Below are positions 10,001 to 19,086 of a stretch of DNA of 26,327 nucleotides, in pieces. The notes under the pieces were generated by a model that was not told the DNA's origin, did not search any database, and saw only the letters and a list, made by a program, of their open reading frames with translations. Source of the DNA: a virus. Its lineage: Duplodnaviria; Caudoviricetes. Location of the stretch: IMG/VR virus record IMGVR_UViG_3300005805_000410, positions 1-26,327 of that record. The stretch is one strand, 5' to 3'. Each line of letters begins with the position of its first letter. Within the stretch, counting starts at the first letter, position 1. A program made the translations under genes and the position numbers.

Positions 10001-12946
10001 TCTTTTGATTGTCCTGATGATGATGAGAGTCCATTCCAATTTTATAGTGGTGACCCCCTTAATAATCCAAACGGACCTGAATGTAAATTAAATGGAATAT
10101 TAAAAATAAAAATAACGGGTGATACGAATAATATAATTCAAAAATATCCAGTTAATAATTGGCCGTTATTTGTTCATAAAAATTGTGAAACCACAGTTAA
10201 TCAAACAACAAATTATACTGTACATGGTTCCACGATGATACTTGATAGTACATTTGAATGTACGTGGTTTATAAATGACGTAACTGAAACAGATACTATT
10301 GATTTATTATTTACCGATGCTGCGAACTGTGATTTGAAAGTTAAGTTTGAGGGAATCAACATTCATTGGAAAAATTATACGGGAACCACAGGTCCAGAAG
10401 ATGATCAAATTCTTTATAGATTAGTTCCAAAAATACAATATCGTAATTCATTTGATTATGGATTAGGTGCACAAACTTATGTTTTAAAATATGATGGGTC
10501 AGGTTCGAATACCGATTTATCCAATTATGTTAAAACATATGTGAAAGATATTGTTTCAGGAGATACAATATTATCCGCAACATTTAAAGATTGTGCGGTA
10601 TTAACAAATCAATCGTTTGTAAATGGTTTAGAGAATGATAATTTCACTTTCTCATTTGACTATACACCAAAAACAGTAATTGGTAAAGATTGTTTAGGTA
10701 CTGTAAAGAAATACTCAATAACAGGTCTCACTAAACAAGATGAAACACAAGTATTTGAAATTTTACAAACATCAAAAGTAAAAGTTTACACAAGATTCTA
10801 CATTGATGAAACTAATAACGATGTTATTGATTTAAAAAGATACTTCTTTACTGAAAGATATCCTGAAGATTTACAAGTAAAACCAACACAAGAAGAACCT
10901 TGTTGTGATTATTCAGATGACTATTACCAAAGTGGTGATTATTTAATCACTTCAGAGGGTAAACTTATTGAAGTAATTGCAATAAATTTAAATTATTGTA
11001 CACCAGATTTATATTTTAATTTAAATCTATCGGGTCAGGTTGATGGTAATCTAATTGCTTTTAATGGTAACAATTCTTATCAAATTTTGTTACAACATCA
11101 ATATGATAATTTCAGTACATTAGATACAAATCTAATTCAATACTATAATGGTGGATTATGTCCTAACGAATCTGATTCGTCTAGTGAGAGAGAGTTAAGT
11201 GTTGTTAGTGGTTATACTGATTGTAATTTAACTCCATTTAGAGAGTGTAATGGTTTATTCCCAACATACACACCAACTGCTACACCAACACCTACTGTAA
11301 CAAGCACATCAACAAGTACACCATCTAGTACATCCACACCAACTACTACACCTACTTCAACATCTACACCAACAGAGACCTCTACACCAACAGAGACTCC
11401 AACTAGTACATCCACACCAACGGCTACACCAACACCTACCATAACAAGTACTTCAACTGAAACTCCAACAGTAACAGATACATTAGATTGTACTTTTGAT
11501 GTAGATGTGGATGTTCTATATCCAACCCCAACCCCAACACTAACAACTACATCTACACCAGATTGTTTATTTGACGTTGATGTGGATGTTCTATATCCAA
11601 CCCCAACCCCAACACTAACAACCACATCTACACCAGACTGTCTATTTGATGTAGATGTAGATGTGATATTCCCAACACCAACTCCGACTATTACAACAAC
11701 ACCTACCGTAACTATCGATTGTTTATTTGATGTAGACATTGATGTAATATTCCCAACACCAACTCCGACTATTACAACAACACCAACATCAACAATAACC
11801 ACTAACTGTGATTTCGATGTAGATATCGATGTTATATTCCCAACTCCAACACCAACTGAAACACCTACCACCACACCAACCGTAACCGAAACTCCAACGG
11901 TAACTGATAGTGTTGATTGTTTATTTGATGTTGACGTAGATGTTATATTCCCAACTCCAACACCAACAGAGACTCCAACTTCTACACCAACTATAACAAC
12001 AACACCTACTGAGACACCAACAGTAACGGATACCGCAGACTGTCTATTTGATGTAGATGTGGATGTTGTATTCCCAACTCCTACACCAACTGTAACGGAA
12101 ACCCCAACATCCACAATAACTGAGACACCAACAATAACTGAAACGTCGACTTACACACCAGATTGTACTTTTGATGTAGATGTGGATGTATTGTTCCCGA
12201 CACCAACTCCGACTTCTACACCAACTGTAACCGAAACACCTACTGAAACACCAACATCAACGTTTACACCTGATTGTGTGTTCGAAGGTGCGGTTAGTGA
12301 ACCATTAGTAATTGATGAAAATACGGAAATTAATATTTGGTTTGACGATTCGGGATCAATGAATGGAACTCTTTCTCCATTACAAACAATGAGAGACACA
12401 ATTTTAAGAGATTGTTTAGTACAATTCTATGGTGGAAATTATACGACATATGATGATAATGTAACTGTTAGTAATTTCTCAAGTAAATCTGGTGGTACAG
12501 AAAGAACTTTCTATGTAATGAATACAACTGGATCAACATCCAATGTAACAAAAGTAATAAATCTTGTATTCCAAGATGAATCTTCACCATATAGTGCGGA
12601 TGGTACTACGTTTAGTACAAGTTCAAGAACTTTACAATATGATAACGACATATCTGCATTTAGATCAACACTTCAAAATGTACCAAATAATTCTTACTAT
12701 AGGGGTATAATATTTAGGGTTAATACAGGTCCTAACAGTTATGATGGATTTAGACAATTTATATCTGCGGTGATAAGTGGTACAAATGCTTACAGTGGAA
12801 CCAATGGTTTATCAGATAAGAGTGAAATAACTTGGGTGGAAAATGTAACAGCAAGTTCAAATGCACAATATTACGCAGATCAAATAATAACAGCATTGAA
12901 TACATTAGGATATAACTTAAACTTATGTGGAGGAAGTAATCTTTAA
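7037..12946 (+). CDS. Large baseplate wedge-like protein (P2 gpI/T4 gp7-like motif) with degenerate Hint-like domain, Pro/Thr stalk and C-terminal VWA-like domain
   Basis: [14 protein letters not shown]...[28 protein letters not shown] resembles the KGT signature of contractile-tail baseplate wedge proteins. Hint-like segment at 10460-11101, PT repeats at 11261-12290, and a MIDAS-like [11 protein letters not shown] starting near 12330. Confidence 0.7.
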   Translation: MARRKVPSQAASGAETFSDSLVGRQITDGTSQLTNTNFAIDKVIPERDVKNFRSGKFSDFLTLEDLKSEKFTSEETQILEEKKKGVNFKPSKDDAGKSLFGSLKNRIGVSLTNIIKKYPAGVLVDKNSTTRSSDYTAENITYDISLNTTQFEIDFGRLYNPFDVLFVKPNSQDDPNQLNKLRNFYSSFTKYVIEISGVTYDVLNYIEPNTDYKITLRVSGKPFGTLPSNFDENIFIRPNNGLVEDFFSKLDELEQCLLDRDTYPKYTSKFTVPKDSLDQSETVLTDVEVTWPIGRDGWNIKIVGLDFDLFVNQLSELADEIDDYKSNLFVRFMSSPQLFEFDTEDKKTEAIFQLYGHNFDKVKKYIENIAYMRNVSYDGINNLPDVLLKNLANTLGLTTVNLFDEKKLEELLYTRQDTQYSGLTTGKNIIDAEYEFYRRLLVNLAYIYKSKGTRSSIEFFLKFLGAPEPMIKINEFIYEITSLPKSFNLDDDIYDVVAGIKQIRVGTFIPSGYTYQITTTTGTTSFTSDTYPIVSGSKLPKTAYDETSNVFFQKGAGWYDITLSHRSPEIIDGVNSVLSGRTKTIKRMNKPYTYGEDYFDVYRTLPGLDTGYEITSRIDNKQRQVVDENSSLFFNRKNIEVYLSSANAINYDIWKKSRELEISFGSATLEPQTGVTFAEYIDKMMSTQIRNSHSIKYRKNYIKLEDIYQDYVTSTSFVPYNFPDVNEFIVKMGPYWTQVLDQVIPSTTLWTGGNLIENNIFGRPKYRYRFGCQPKVFIESLYPDFENAIEEDFEKILGGSNSLRGLLGATGVTYYPIIEIDGVEYGGPDSGFGVIVSGNTSVSGVSAKLFDSFPINNCTGTTSSSTQLPLICDYKDYLEPDITAIKNLWVTKLIALINYINTEDTMNGAGCINTYAPYTAATQNSTCTQVSKPKITYSFFTDVDGIEKIKLTSIKYGPNDCSVEEYLDYKFVAENDTTVPDCGLELDFSFDCPDDDESPFQFYSGDPLNNPNGPECKLNGILKIKITGDTNNIIQKYPVNNWPLFVHKNCETTVNQTTNYTVHGSTMILDSTFECTWFINDVTETDTIDLLFTDAANCDLKVKFEGINIHWKNYTGTTGPEDDQILYRLVPKIQYRNSFDYGLGAQTYVLKYDGSGSNTDLSNYVKTYVKDIVSGDTILSATFKDCAVLTNQSFVNGLENDNFTFSFDYTPKTVIGKDCLGTVKKYSITGLTKQDETQVFEILQTSKVKVYTRFYIDETNNDVIDLKRYFFTERYPEDLQVKPTQEEPCCDYSDDYYQSGDYLITSEGKLIEVIAINLNYCTPDLYFNLNLSGQVDGNLIAFNGNNSYQILLQHQYDNFSTLDTNLIQYYNGGLCPNESDSSSERELSVVSGYTDCNLTPFRECNGLFPTYTPTATPTPTVTSTSTSTPSSTSTPTTTPTSTSTPTETSTPTETPTSTSTPTATPTPTITSTSTETPTVTDTLDCTFDVDVDVLYPTPTPTLTTTSTPDCLFDVDVDVLYPTPTPTLTTTSTPDCLFDVDVDVIFPTPTPTITTTPTVTIDCLFDVDIDVIFPTPTPTITTTPTSTITTNCDFDVDIDVIFPTPTPTETPTTTPTVTETPTVTDSVDCLFDVDVDVIFPTPTPTETPTSTPTITTTPTETPTVTDTADCLFDVDVDVVFPTPTPTVTETPTSTITETPTITETSTYTPDCTFDVDVDVLFPTPTPTSTPTVTETPTETPTSTFTPDCVFEGAVSEPLVIDENTEINIWFDDSGSMNGTLSPLQTMRDTILRDCLVQFYGGNYTTYDDNVTVSNFSSKSGGTERTFYVMNTTGSTSNVTKVINLVFQDESSPYSADGTTFSTSSRTLQYDNDISAFRSTLQNVPNNSYYRGIIFRVNTGPNSYDGFRQFISAVISGTNAYSGTNGLSDKSEITWVENVTASSNAQYYADQIITALNTLGYNLNLCGGSNL
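11261..12290 (+). repeat. Coding Pro/Thr-rich repeat array with 8 DCxFDVDVDVxxPTPTPT units plus one degenerate unit
   Basis: Read directly from the translation. Two adjacent units are near-identical 75-bp DNA copies starting at 11504 and 11579. Confidence 0.95.
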
Positions 12947-12962
12947 AGTAATTATATAAAGG

Positions 12963-15900
12963 ATGGCAAAACAATATGTAGTTAATATTATTTCGGGGAC
13001 GGCCCCAGGACCATATAACATTTATTATGATAGTGTTAATCCTTCTAATATTGCCACAATTGTATCTACTTCACAACCCGCAACAGGAGTCACGTTTTCA
13101 GACTTAAATCAAATTACCGGTGTATTAGTTGAGGTACCTGACACAGCATATAAAATTATTTTATATAATACTGATACTTTTTGTTTAAACGAGGATGAAT
13201 TTTTATTACCGACGCCGACACCAACATTTACCCCAACACCAACTATTACGATTACTCCAACCATAACAACAACACCCACTGAGACGCCAACAATAACATA
13301 TACACCAACATCGACTTACACACCAGATTGTACATTTGATGTAGATGTAGATGTGATATTCCCAACTCCAACACCAACTAGTACACCTACACCAACCGCA
13401 CCTTTAGACATCACATTAAGTAATGATAGTGTAAATGAAAATAGTGCAATTAATACTGTTGTGGGTGACTTCAGTACCAATGATAGTGTTGGGGATACTC
13501 ATACATACACAATTTTAGCTGGAGGTAACGGGAATTTATTCAATATTAGTGGTAATTCATTAAGAACCTCACAGTCGTTTAATTACGAATCGGCAACATC
13601 ATATACCGTAAACATAAGATCAACGGATCAAGGTGGTTTATATTATGATAAAACATTTACAATTTATATTAATAATGTAAATGAGGCACCATATGGTTTA
13701 AATTTTAGTGGATCTATACCGGAAAATGAACCAACAGGAACAACCGTTGGAACTGTTACAACTTTAGATGTTGATAGTGGAGACACATTTACATATCAGT
13801 TAATTGACACCACAAATTATCCTGATAATAATAGTTTTACAATTACATCTGGAGGTGTATTAAAATCAGAAGTAATTTTTAATTATGAATCAAAAAATTC
13901 ATACTCAATAAAAGTAAGAACAACAGATGCTGGTGGTTTAACCTATGATGGTGTTTTAACAGTTCCAATTACAAACATTAACGAGACACCAACAAATATT
14001 GCAATTAGTTCATCTTCAATTTCTGAAAATGTTCCAACAGGAACAACCGTGGGAACACTATCCGCAACCGATCCAGATGCGGGTGATACGTTTACATTCT
14101 CATTAGTTGACCCAACAAGTTATCCGGACAATGCTAGTTTTTCAATCAGTGGTACAGCACTTAAAAGTGCGGTAATATTTGATCATGAAACACAAAATAC
14201 ATATTACGTTAGAGTTAGAGCAACAGACGCCGGAGGATTGACATATGATAAAACTTTAACAATTACTATAACAAACGTCACGATAACTGTAACAGCATCT
14301 GCAACAACGAATGTTACTTGTAATGGTGGATCAAACGGTGTTATAACAGTATCATCTGCGGTAGGTGGGACTGCAAGTTATACATATTCAAAAGATGGGT
14401 CAAACTATCAATCATCAACAACATTTAGTGGATTAACAGCGGGTTCATATACGATTTATGCTAAAGATTCATATGGTGAGGTTGGTAGTACTTCTGTGTC
14501 TGTTACACAACCATCTGCGGTTTCTGTAAGTGCGAGTGGAACCAATCCAACATGTAACACTAGTTTAGATGGTAATATTACAGTGTCATCTGCTTCAGGT
14601 GGTTCTGGCGGTGGAATTATAACCAACTACACATATTCAAAAGATGGAACAAATTATCAAACGGGAGTTACCTTTAATTTTTTAGGAAATGGAACATATA
14701 CCATTTATGCTGCAGACGCTAATGGTTGTACAGGTTCAACATCAGTTACATTAAATAGAACACAAGTAACCGCAACAACATCACAAACTAATATTACATG
14801 TAATGGTGGATCGAATGGTTCTATTACAGTATCTAGTTTATCCGGTGGGCAAGGTGGTCCTTATGCAACTAAATTAAATTCTGGTGGTACATATCAGGTT
14901 ATTACAACATCTAGAACATATAGCAATTTAACTGCTGGTTCATACACGATATATGTTAAAGATAGTGCAGATTGTGAAAATACATATTCAATAAATTTAA
15001 CACAACCAGATGCCGTTGTTGTAACATCAACAGCTAGCACGATTCCTACATGTTGGAACGGAACTGATGGTTCTATAACATTATCCGCATCAGGAGGTGT
15101 TGGTTCATATACATATTCAATTAATGCTGGTAGCACATACCAATCTAGTGGGGTATTTAATAATCTATCTGCCGGAACGTATACATGTGTTGCAAAAGAC
15201 AGTAGTGGTTGTGTATCTACAGGAATTAGTGTTAACATTAATAAAACACCACCGACACCAATACTATCATATAGTAATATTAGTTGTAATGGTGGAACAA
15301 CATCAATTAATGTTACTGGTGTTAGCGGAGGAAACAGTGGTGTATATACAACGTCAATAGATGGGACAACATACCACTCAATTCCTAAATTATTTAGCGG
15401 TCTGGGACCAGGAACATACACAATATACGCAAAAGATTATACCAATTGTGTTGGTTCAACATCTGTTACAATTACACAACCATCAGCACTTTCTGTTGGG
15501 GTTAGTAGTACAACGAACCCAACTTGTTGGGATGGTTCAGATGGTTCAATAATCCTTAATGACGCTGTTGGTGGAACATCTCCATATACATATTCTAAAG
15601 ATGGTTCAACATACCAATCAAGTAAAACTTTTTCAAGTTTAACTACAGGTACATATACATTATATGCAAAAGATGATAATGGTTGTATTGCAACAACCAC
15701 AGCAACATTAACTAAATCTGCACCAAACGCTACGGTTTCAGTTTCAAATCCTTCGTGTTATGGTCAAACTGGAATTATATCCGTATCCAATGGAACAGGT
15801 GGTTCTGGTAGTGGTTATCAATCAAAATTAAATGCAGGTGGAACATATGCAAATTTACCACAAACATATAGTGGTTTAGGAGACGGAGGATATGTAATTT

Positions 15901-16988
15901 ATATTAAAGATGGGTCTAATTGTGTTCAAACATATTCAGCTACAATAACAGTTCCATCAGAGGTAACAATATCAACAAATGCAACATATCCAACTTGTTA
16001 TGATAGTTCAAATGGATCCGTAACAGTAACAGCTGGTGGAGGTGTTGGAGGATATCAGTATTCTAAAGATGGTGGTAGTACATGGCAAACAAGTAATTCA
16101 TTTACAGGATTATATGCAACATCGTATACATTTAGAGTTAAAGATAGTAATGGATGTCAATCAACGACACAAACTGTTAATCTAAGTAAATCTGCACCAA
16201 GTTGTACAATAAGTATAACAAATATTAATTGTAACGGCGGATCCGATGGTTCTATCGCCACATCTAATCCGTTAGGTGGAAATAGTGGCGCTTACACTGT
16301 TTCATTAACAGGTGGTCCTAGTGATTATTACGCATTCCCTAAAACATTTACTAATTTAACTGCTGGAACATATACTGTTTATGTGAAAGATGCGAGTGGA
16401 TGTGTGGCATCTTATGAAGCAATCGTAACAGAACCAACATCTCAAACAGCATCAATCAGTAGTCCAACAGATCCTACGTGTACCGATCCTAGTGGGGGTA
16501 GTTTAACAATATCTTCTACTGGTGGTGTGTGGCCTAAAACATATAGATTATATGAAGATACAACTTCACCATACACAAGTTGTGGTGGTACATTAATTGC
16601 AACATATACTGGTGTAACTTCAGGGTCTCCTAGTAGAACGGTTACAGGATTAACATCAGGTGGTTTCTGTTTAGAAGTTACAGATGCAAATGGTTGTGTT
16701 GTTAATAGTGGAATAACAGTTTTAAGTGACGGCCCCGTATATTACAGATACCAAATAATTACATGTTCTAGTAATACTACTGGTTATATGACATCCCCTG
16801 AACAACTAGTTAGTCAATTCTTAGGTGGAACTAAAGCGGTTAAAATAGATGGTATATGTTACCAAGTAGACTATTTTGTCGATACAGTATGTACTCAAGA
16901 ATCTTTACATTTGGTTGATGGAAATAGTTCAACTATTTGGAATACATGTAACGATTGTACTGGTGGAGGAAGTGGAAGTCAACTTTAG
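12963..16988 (+). CDS. Adhesin/tail-fibre-like protein: N-terminal Cys domain, PT linker, 3 cadherin-like domains, 10 SprB-like repeats, Cys-rich C-terminus
   Basis: Three cadherin motif sets (xENxxxGTxVG, F[N/D]xE..Y...VRxTDxGGL, NVNEAP) at about 13400-14280. Ten repeats of the type TCxGxxxGxITV...GG...YxYS...FxxLxAGxYTxYxKDxxGC at about 14280-16730. No signal peptide and no T9SS C-terminal domain visible. Confidence 0.85.
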   Translation: MAKQYVVNIISGTAPGPYNIYYDSVNPSNIATIVSTSQPATGVTFSDLNQITGVLVEVPDTAYKIILYNTDTFCLNEDEFLLPTPTPTFTPTPTITITPTITTTPTETPTITYTPTSTYTPDCTFDVDVDVIFPTPTPTSTPTPTAPLDITLSNDSVNENSAINTVVGDFSTNDSVGDTHTYTILAGGNGNLFNISGNSLRTSQSFNYESATSYTVNIRSTDQGGLYYDKTFTIYINNVNEAPYGLNFSGSIPENEPTGTTVGTVTTLDVDSGDTFTYQLIDTTNYPDNNSFTITSGGVLKSEVIFNYESKNSYSIKVRTTDAGGLTYDGVLTVPITNINETPTNIAISSSSISENVPTGTTVGTLSATDPDAGDTFTFSLVDPTSYPDNASFSISGTALKSAVIFDHETQNTYYVRVRATDAGGLTYDKTLTITITNVTITVTASATTNVTCNGGSNGVITVSSAVGGTASYTYSKDGSNYQSSTTFSGLTAGSYTIYAKDSYGEVGSTSVSVTQPSAVSVSASGTNPTCNTSLDGNITVSSASGGSGGGIITNYTYSKDGTNYQTGVTFNFLGNGTYTIYAADANGCTGSTSVTLNRTQVTATTSQTNITCNGGSNGSITVSSLSGGQGGPYATKLNSGGTYQVITTSRTYSNLTAGSYTIYVKDSADCENTYSINLTQPDAVVVTSTASTIPTCWNGTDGSITLSASGGVGSYTYSINAGSTYQSSGVFNNLSAGTYTCVAKDSSGCVSTGISVNINKTPPTPILSYSNISCNGGTTSINVTGVSGGNSGVYTTSIDGTTYHSIPKLFSGLGPGTYTIYAKDYTNCVGSTSVTITQPSALSVGVSSTTNPTCWDGSDGSIILNDAVGGTSPYTYSKDGSTYQSSKTFSSLTTGTYTLYAKDDNGCIATTTATLTKSAPNATVSVSNPSCYGQTGIISVSNGTGGSGSGYQSKLNAGGTYANLPQTYSGLGDGGYVIYIKDGSNCVQTYSATITVPSEVTISTNATYPTCYDSSNGSVTVTAGGGVGGYQYSKDGGSTWQTSNSFTGLYATSYTFRVKDSNGCQSTTQTVNLSKSAPSCTISITNINCNGGSDGSIATSNPLGGNSGAYTVSLTGGPSDYYAFPKTFTNLTAGTYTVYVKDASGCVASYEAIVTEPTSQTASISSPTDPTCTDPSGGSLTISSTGGVWPKTYRLYEDTTSPYTSCGGTLIATYTGVTSGSPSRTVTGLTSGGFCLEVTDANGCVVNSGITVLSDGPVYYRYQIITCSSNTTGYMTSPEQLVSQFLGGTKAVKIDGICYQVDYFVDTVCTQESLHLVDGNSSTIWNTCNDCTGGGSGSQL

Positions 16989-17008
16989 AATAAATTAAAA
17001 TAAATAGA

Positions 17009-17016
17009 TATTTATA
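17009..17016 (+). promoter_or_regulatory. Representative copy of a recurrent TATTTAT(A) leader motif, candidate late promoter
   Basis: Copies at 2504, 6110, 17009, 17712 and 19075, and variants at 12949 and 20247, each just upstream of a start codon. A further copy at 23121 precedes the candidate RNA. Confidence 0.45.
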
Positions 17017-17038
17017 ATAAAATAGAAAAACAAAAATT

Positions 17039-17641
17039 ATGGCGAACATAGTAACTTTCACATTAAATCCATCATATAGTGGTACTGATGCAGATGATTT
17101 TACAATTGTAGGTGTACATGAAAATGGTTCACCCGCAAATACCACAATTGCAACAGGTGTCACAAAATCAGATTTAGCAACTGGTGTAACATACACAATT
17201 GCTGAAACAATAACAGGTGGTACAATAACAGCAAAAAATACTACTTGTGACGGAACATCTATAAACTGGACCATTACAGCAGAACCAACTCCAACCCCAA
17301 CTATAACACCATCAAATGAATTAAGTGTATATTTAAGAGATGTTGCAAGTATTCCTGCAGGTAATGTGGTGGTTTATTATACTGTAAATGGTGGTTCCGC
17401 AATTAACCTACCAGGTGCAACAAATGTAACATTACCAATAAGTTGTTCCTTTATATATGCGATAGGTGGACTAAATAACGGAGATATTGTTGAAATAGGA
17501 ACGAACAATATGTATTCGGCCGCTGGACAACCTGGCACAAGTTGTCCAAGTGGAGTCGGCGGTCTTTCAACATATACTTATACTTATAATGGGGGTGATG
17601 AATCTATTGCATTAACATTTGATACAAGTATTAATCCTTAA
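17039..17641 (+). CDS. Small two-domain Pro/Thr-linked virion accessory protein (200 aa)
   Basis: The N-terminal domain (ATGVTKSDL...TTC) is homologous to those of the 12963 and 19087 genes. It is followed by a PTPTPT linker and a beta-rich C-terminal domain with two Cys. Confidence 0.75.
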   Translation: MANIVTFTLNPSYSGTDADDFTIVGVHENGSPANTTIATGVTKSDLATGVTYTIAETITGGTITAKNTTCDGTSINWTITAEPTPTPTITPSNELSVYLRDVASIPAGNVVVYYTVNGGSAINLPGATNVTLPISCSFIYAIGGLNNGDIVEIGTNNMYSAAGQPGTSCPSGVGGLSTYTYTYNGGDESIALTFDTSINP

Positions 17642-17663
17642 TTTTTATTAAAATAAATTTAAT

Positions 17664-17695
17664 AAAACCCCTTCAAAAGAAGGGGTTTTTTATTT
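17664..17695 (+). terminator. Rho-independent terminator, possibly bidirectional
   Basis: Perfect 11-bp stem AAAACCCCTTC (17664-17674) / GAAGGGGTTTT (17679-17689) with an AAAA loop and a T-run, 23 nt after the stop at 17641. Confidence 0.85.
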
Positions 17696-17724
17696 AAATT
17701 TTTATTATCTGTATTTATATAGGT

Positions 17725-19056
17725 ATGGGAGTAGTAATAAAATTAAAAAATATTCAATCAGTTAACAATTTTAAAGTTTTCTATAAAACAGGTAGAACAC
17801 CAGGTTCGTCTTCTAGTCAATCAAGTACGTCATGGGGAACTCAATATGGTGGAACATATAACCAAAGTGTGGAAACAATTGAAATTGATTTAATTGATGA
17901 AGGAATAGATACAAACCCATATGGAAAACAATATTGGTTTAAAATTTTAGATATTGTAACAGGTAGTTATATCATTGAAAATATTACAATACATGAGTAT
18001 AAATTTTATGATGATTTATGTATTCCAAATTGTGAACTTGGTGGAACTATAGATTTCTTAGCTCCAACACCAACAATTACACCTACCGCAACAAGTGATT
18101 GTAATTTAGATGGTACGGCAGAACTTACAACTCTATCACCTACACCAACGCCAACATCAACAAGTACCCCAACTACTACACCAACTATTACTCCGACCAT
18201 AACACCAACAATTGATTTAACTACGACACCTACTAGTACATCAACACCTACTAGTACATCAACACCTACTAGTACATCAACACCTACTAGTACACCAACA
18301 TTTACTAGTACACCAACACTCACAATTACACCTTCTGAAACTGTAACATTAACACCATCTTGTCAAGATTGTTATCAATATGAAATATCAAATTATTATG
18401 GTACACCGGTGTCAATTACATATATAAAATGTGATGGTACTGGACCACATATACTTAATATCCCATACAGTACTAATAAACCTGATATTGCATTAACATC
18501 GGATTGTATTCTTAGCTTTGATTTAGGTCCATATGACCAATGTGGTGGTGCATCAAACTGTTTGGCAATAGAACCGTCATTAATACCTTGTGGTAACACG
18601 TGCGAACCACCACCAACTGAAACACCAACTATAACACCAACACCAACCATAACACTATATAAATGGTATGTAGCATCAGAAGTTTTAGACACAGACGTAC
18701 CAAATACATATTGTTTGAACGTAGGTTCTGGTGGTCAGGGATATGTTATGTCACAACCAGTTTGGACAATAGATGCGGCACTTATGCCTGGAAGTACAGT
18801 TCTTTATACTGACTCCACCCTATCAACACCATATACTGGAACTTGGTCTCTTAGTAATGTAACAAGAATTGCATATATAACACAATTAGAATATGATAGT
18901 TCGGCTTATAGAACAACAACTGATCCACAAGGTGATGGAACGTATGATGGTGGAACATACAAATATTTAAGACTAGATAGTTCAGGTGTTGTTATTGGTA
19001 CAGGTGTAGATAGTTGTGCCGGCGGCGGTGGCGGTGGAGGCGGTGCCGAAGAATAG
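17725..19056 (+). CDS. Modular Pro/Thr-linked, Cys-rich virion accessory/adhesin protein (443 aa)
   Basis: N-terminal domain, two Cys-strand motifs, long PT stalk, Cys-rich middle domain, a C-terminal domain shared with the 19087 gene, and a poly-Gly tail. Confidence 0.75.
   Translation: MGVVIKLKNIQSVNNFKVFYKTGRTPGSSSSQSSTSWGTQYGGTYNQSVETIEIDLIDEGIDTNPYGKQYWFKILDIVTGSYIIENITIHEYKFYDDLCIPNCELGGTIDFLAPTPTITPTATSDCNLDGTAELTTLSPTPTPTSTSTPTTTPTITPTITPTIDLTTTPTSTSTPTSTSTPTSTSTPTSTPTFTSTPTLTITPSETVTLTPSCQDCYQYEISNYYGTPVSITYIKCDGTGPHILNIPYSTNKPDIALTSDCILSFDLGPYDQCGGASNCLAIEPSLIPCGNTCEPPPTETPTITPTPTITLYKWYVASEVLDTDVPNTYCLNVGSGGQGYVMSQPVWTIDAALMPGSTVLYTDSTLSTPYTGTWSLSNVTRIAYITQLEYDSSAYRTTTDPQGDGTYDGGTYKYLRLDSSGVVIGTGVDSCAGGGGGGGGAEE
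18226..18294 (+). repeat. Exact 18-bp coding tandem repeat (ACACCTACTAGTACATCA x3.8; TPTSTS)
   Basis: Three perfect copies at 18226, 18244 and 18262, plus a 15-bp partial copy. Confidence 0.95.
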
Positions 19057-19086
19057 ATAAAACAAAATAATTTATATTTATAACAT

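Noticed and set aside
10460-11101. Active intein or mobile element
   Set aside because: No Cys/Ser at position 1, no TxxH, the +1 residue is Tyr, and there are no homing endonuclease motifs. Kept only as a degenerate Hint-like domain.
11486-12300. CRISPR-like appearance of conserved units with variable spacers
   Set aside because: The units vary at synonymous positions, stay in frame within a long ORF, and the spacers are low-complexity Thr/Pro codons. No cas genes are present.
11212-12399. Long minus-strand Val/Gly-rich ORFs (11212-12114, 12151-12399; likewise 14894-15421 and 18006-18323)
   Set aside because: These are antisense shadows of Thr/Pro (ACN/CCN) codon runs, which lack stops on the reverse strand. 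There is no independent coding signal.
12146-13354. Diversity-generating retroelement TR/VR pair
   Set aside because: The shared segment is only ~44 bp with two synonymous differences, both copies are coding, and there is no reverse transcriptase in the window.
12963-16988. Bacterial chromosomal sprB gene
   Set aside because: No signal peptide or T9SS CTD, no gliding or T9SS neighbours, and flanked by phage-type baseplate and replication genes. Gene symbol withheld.
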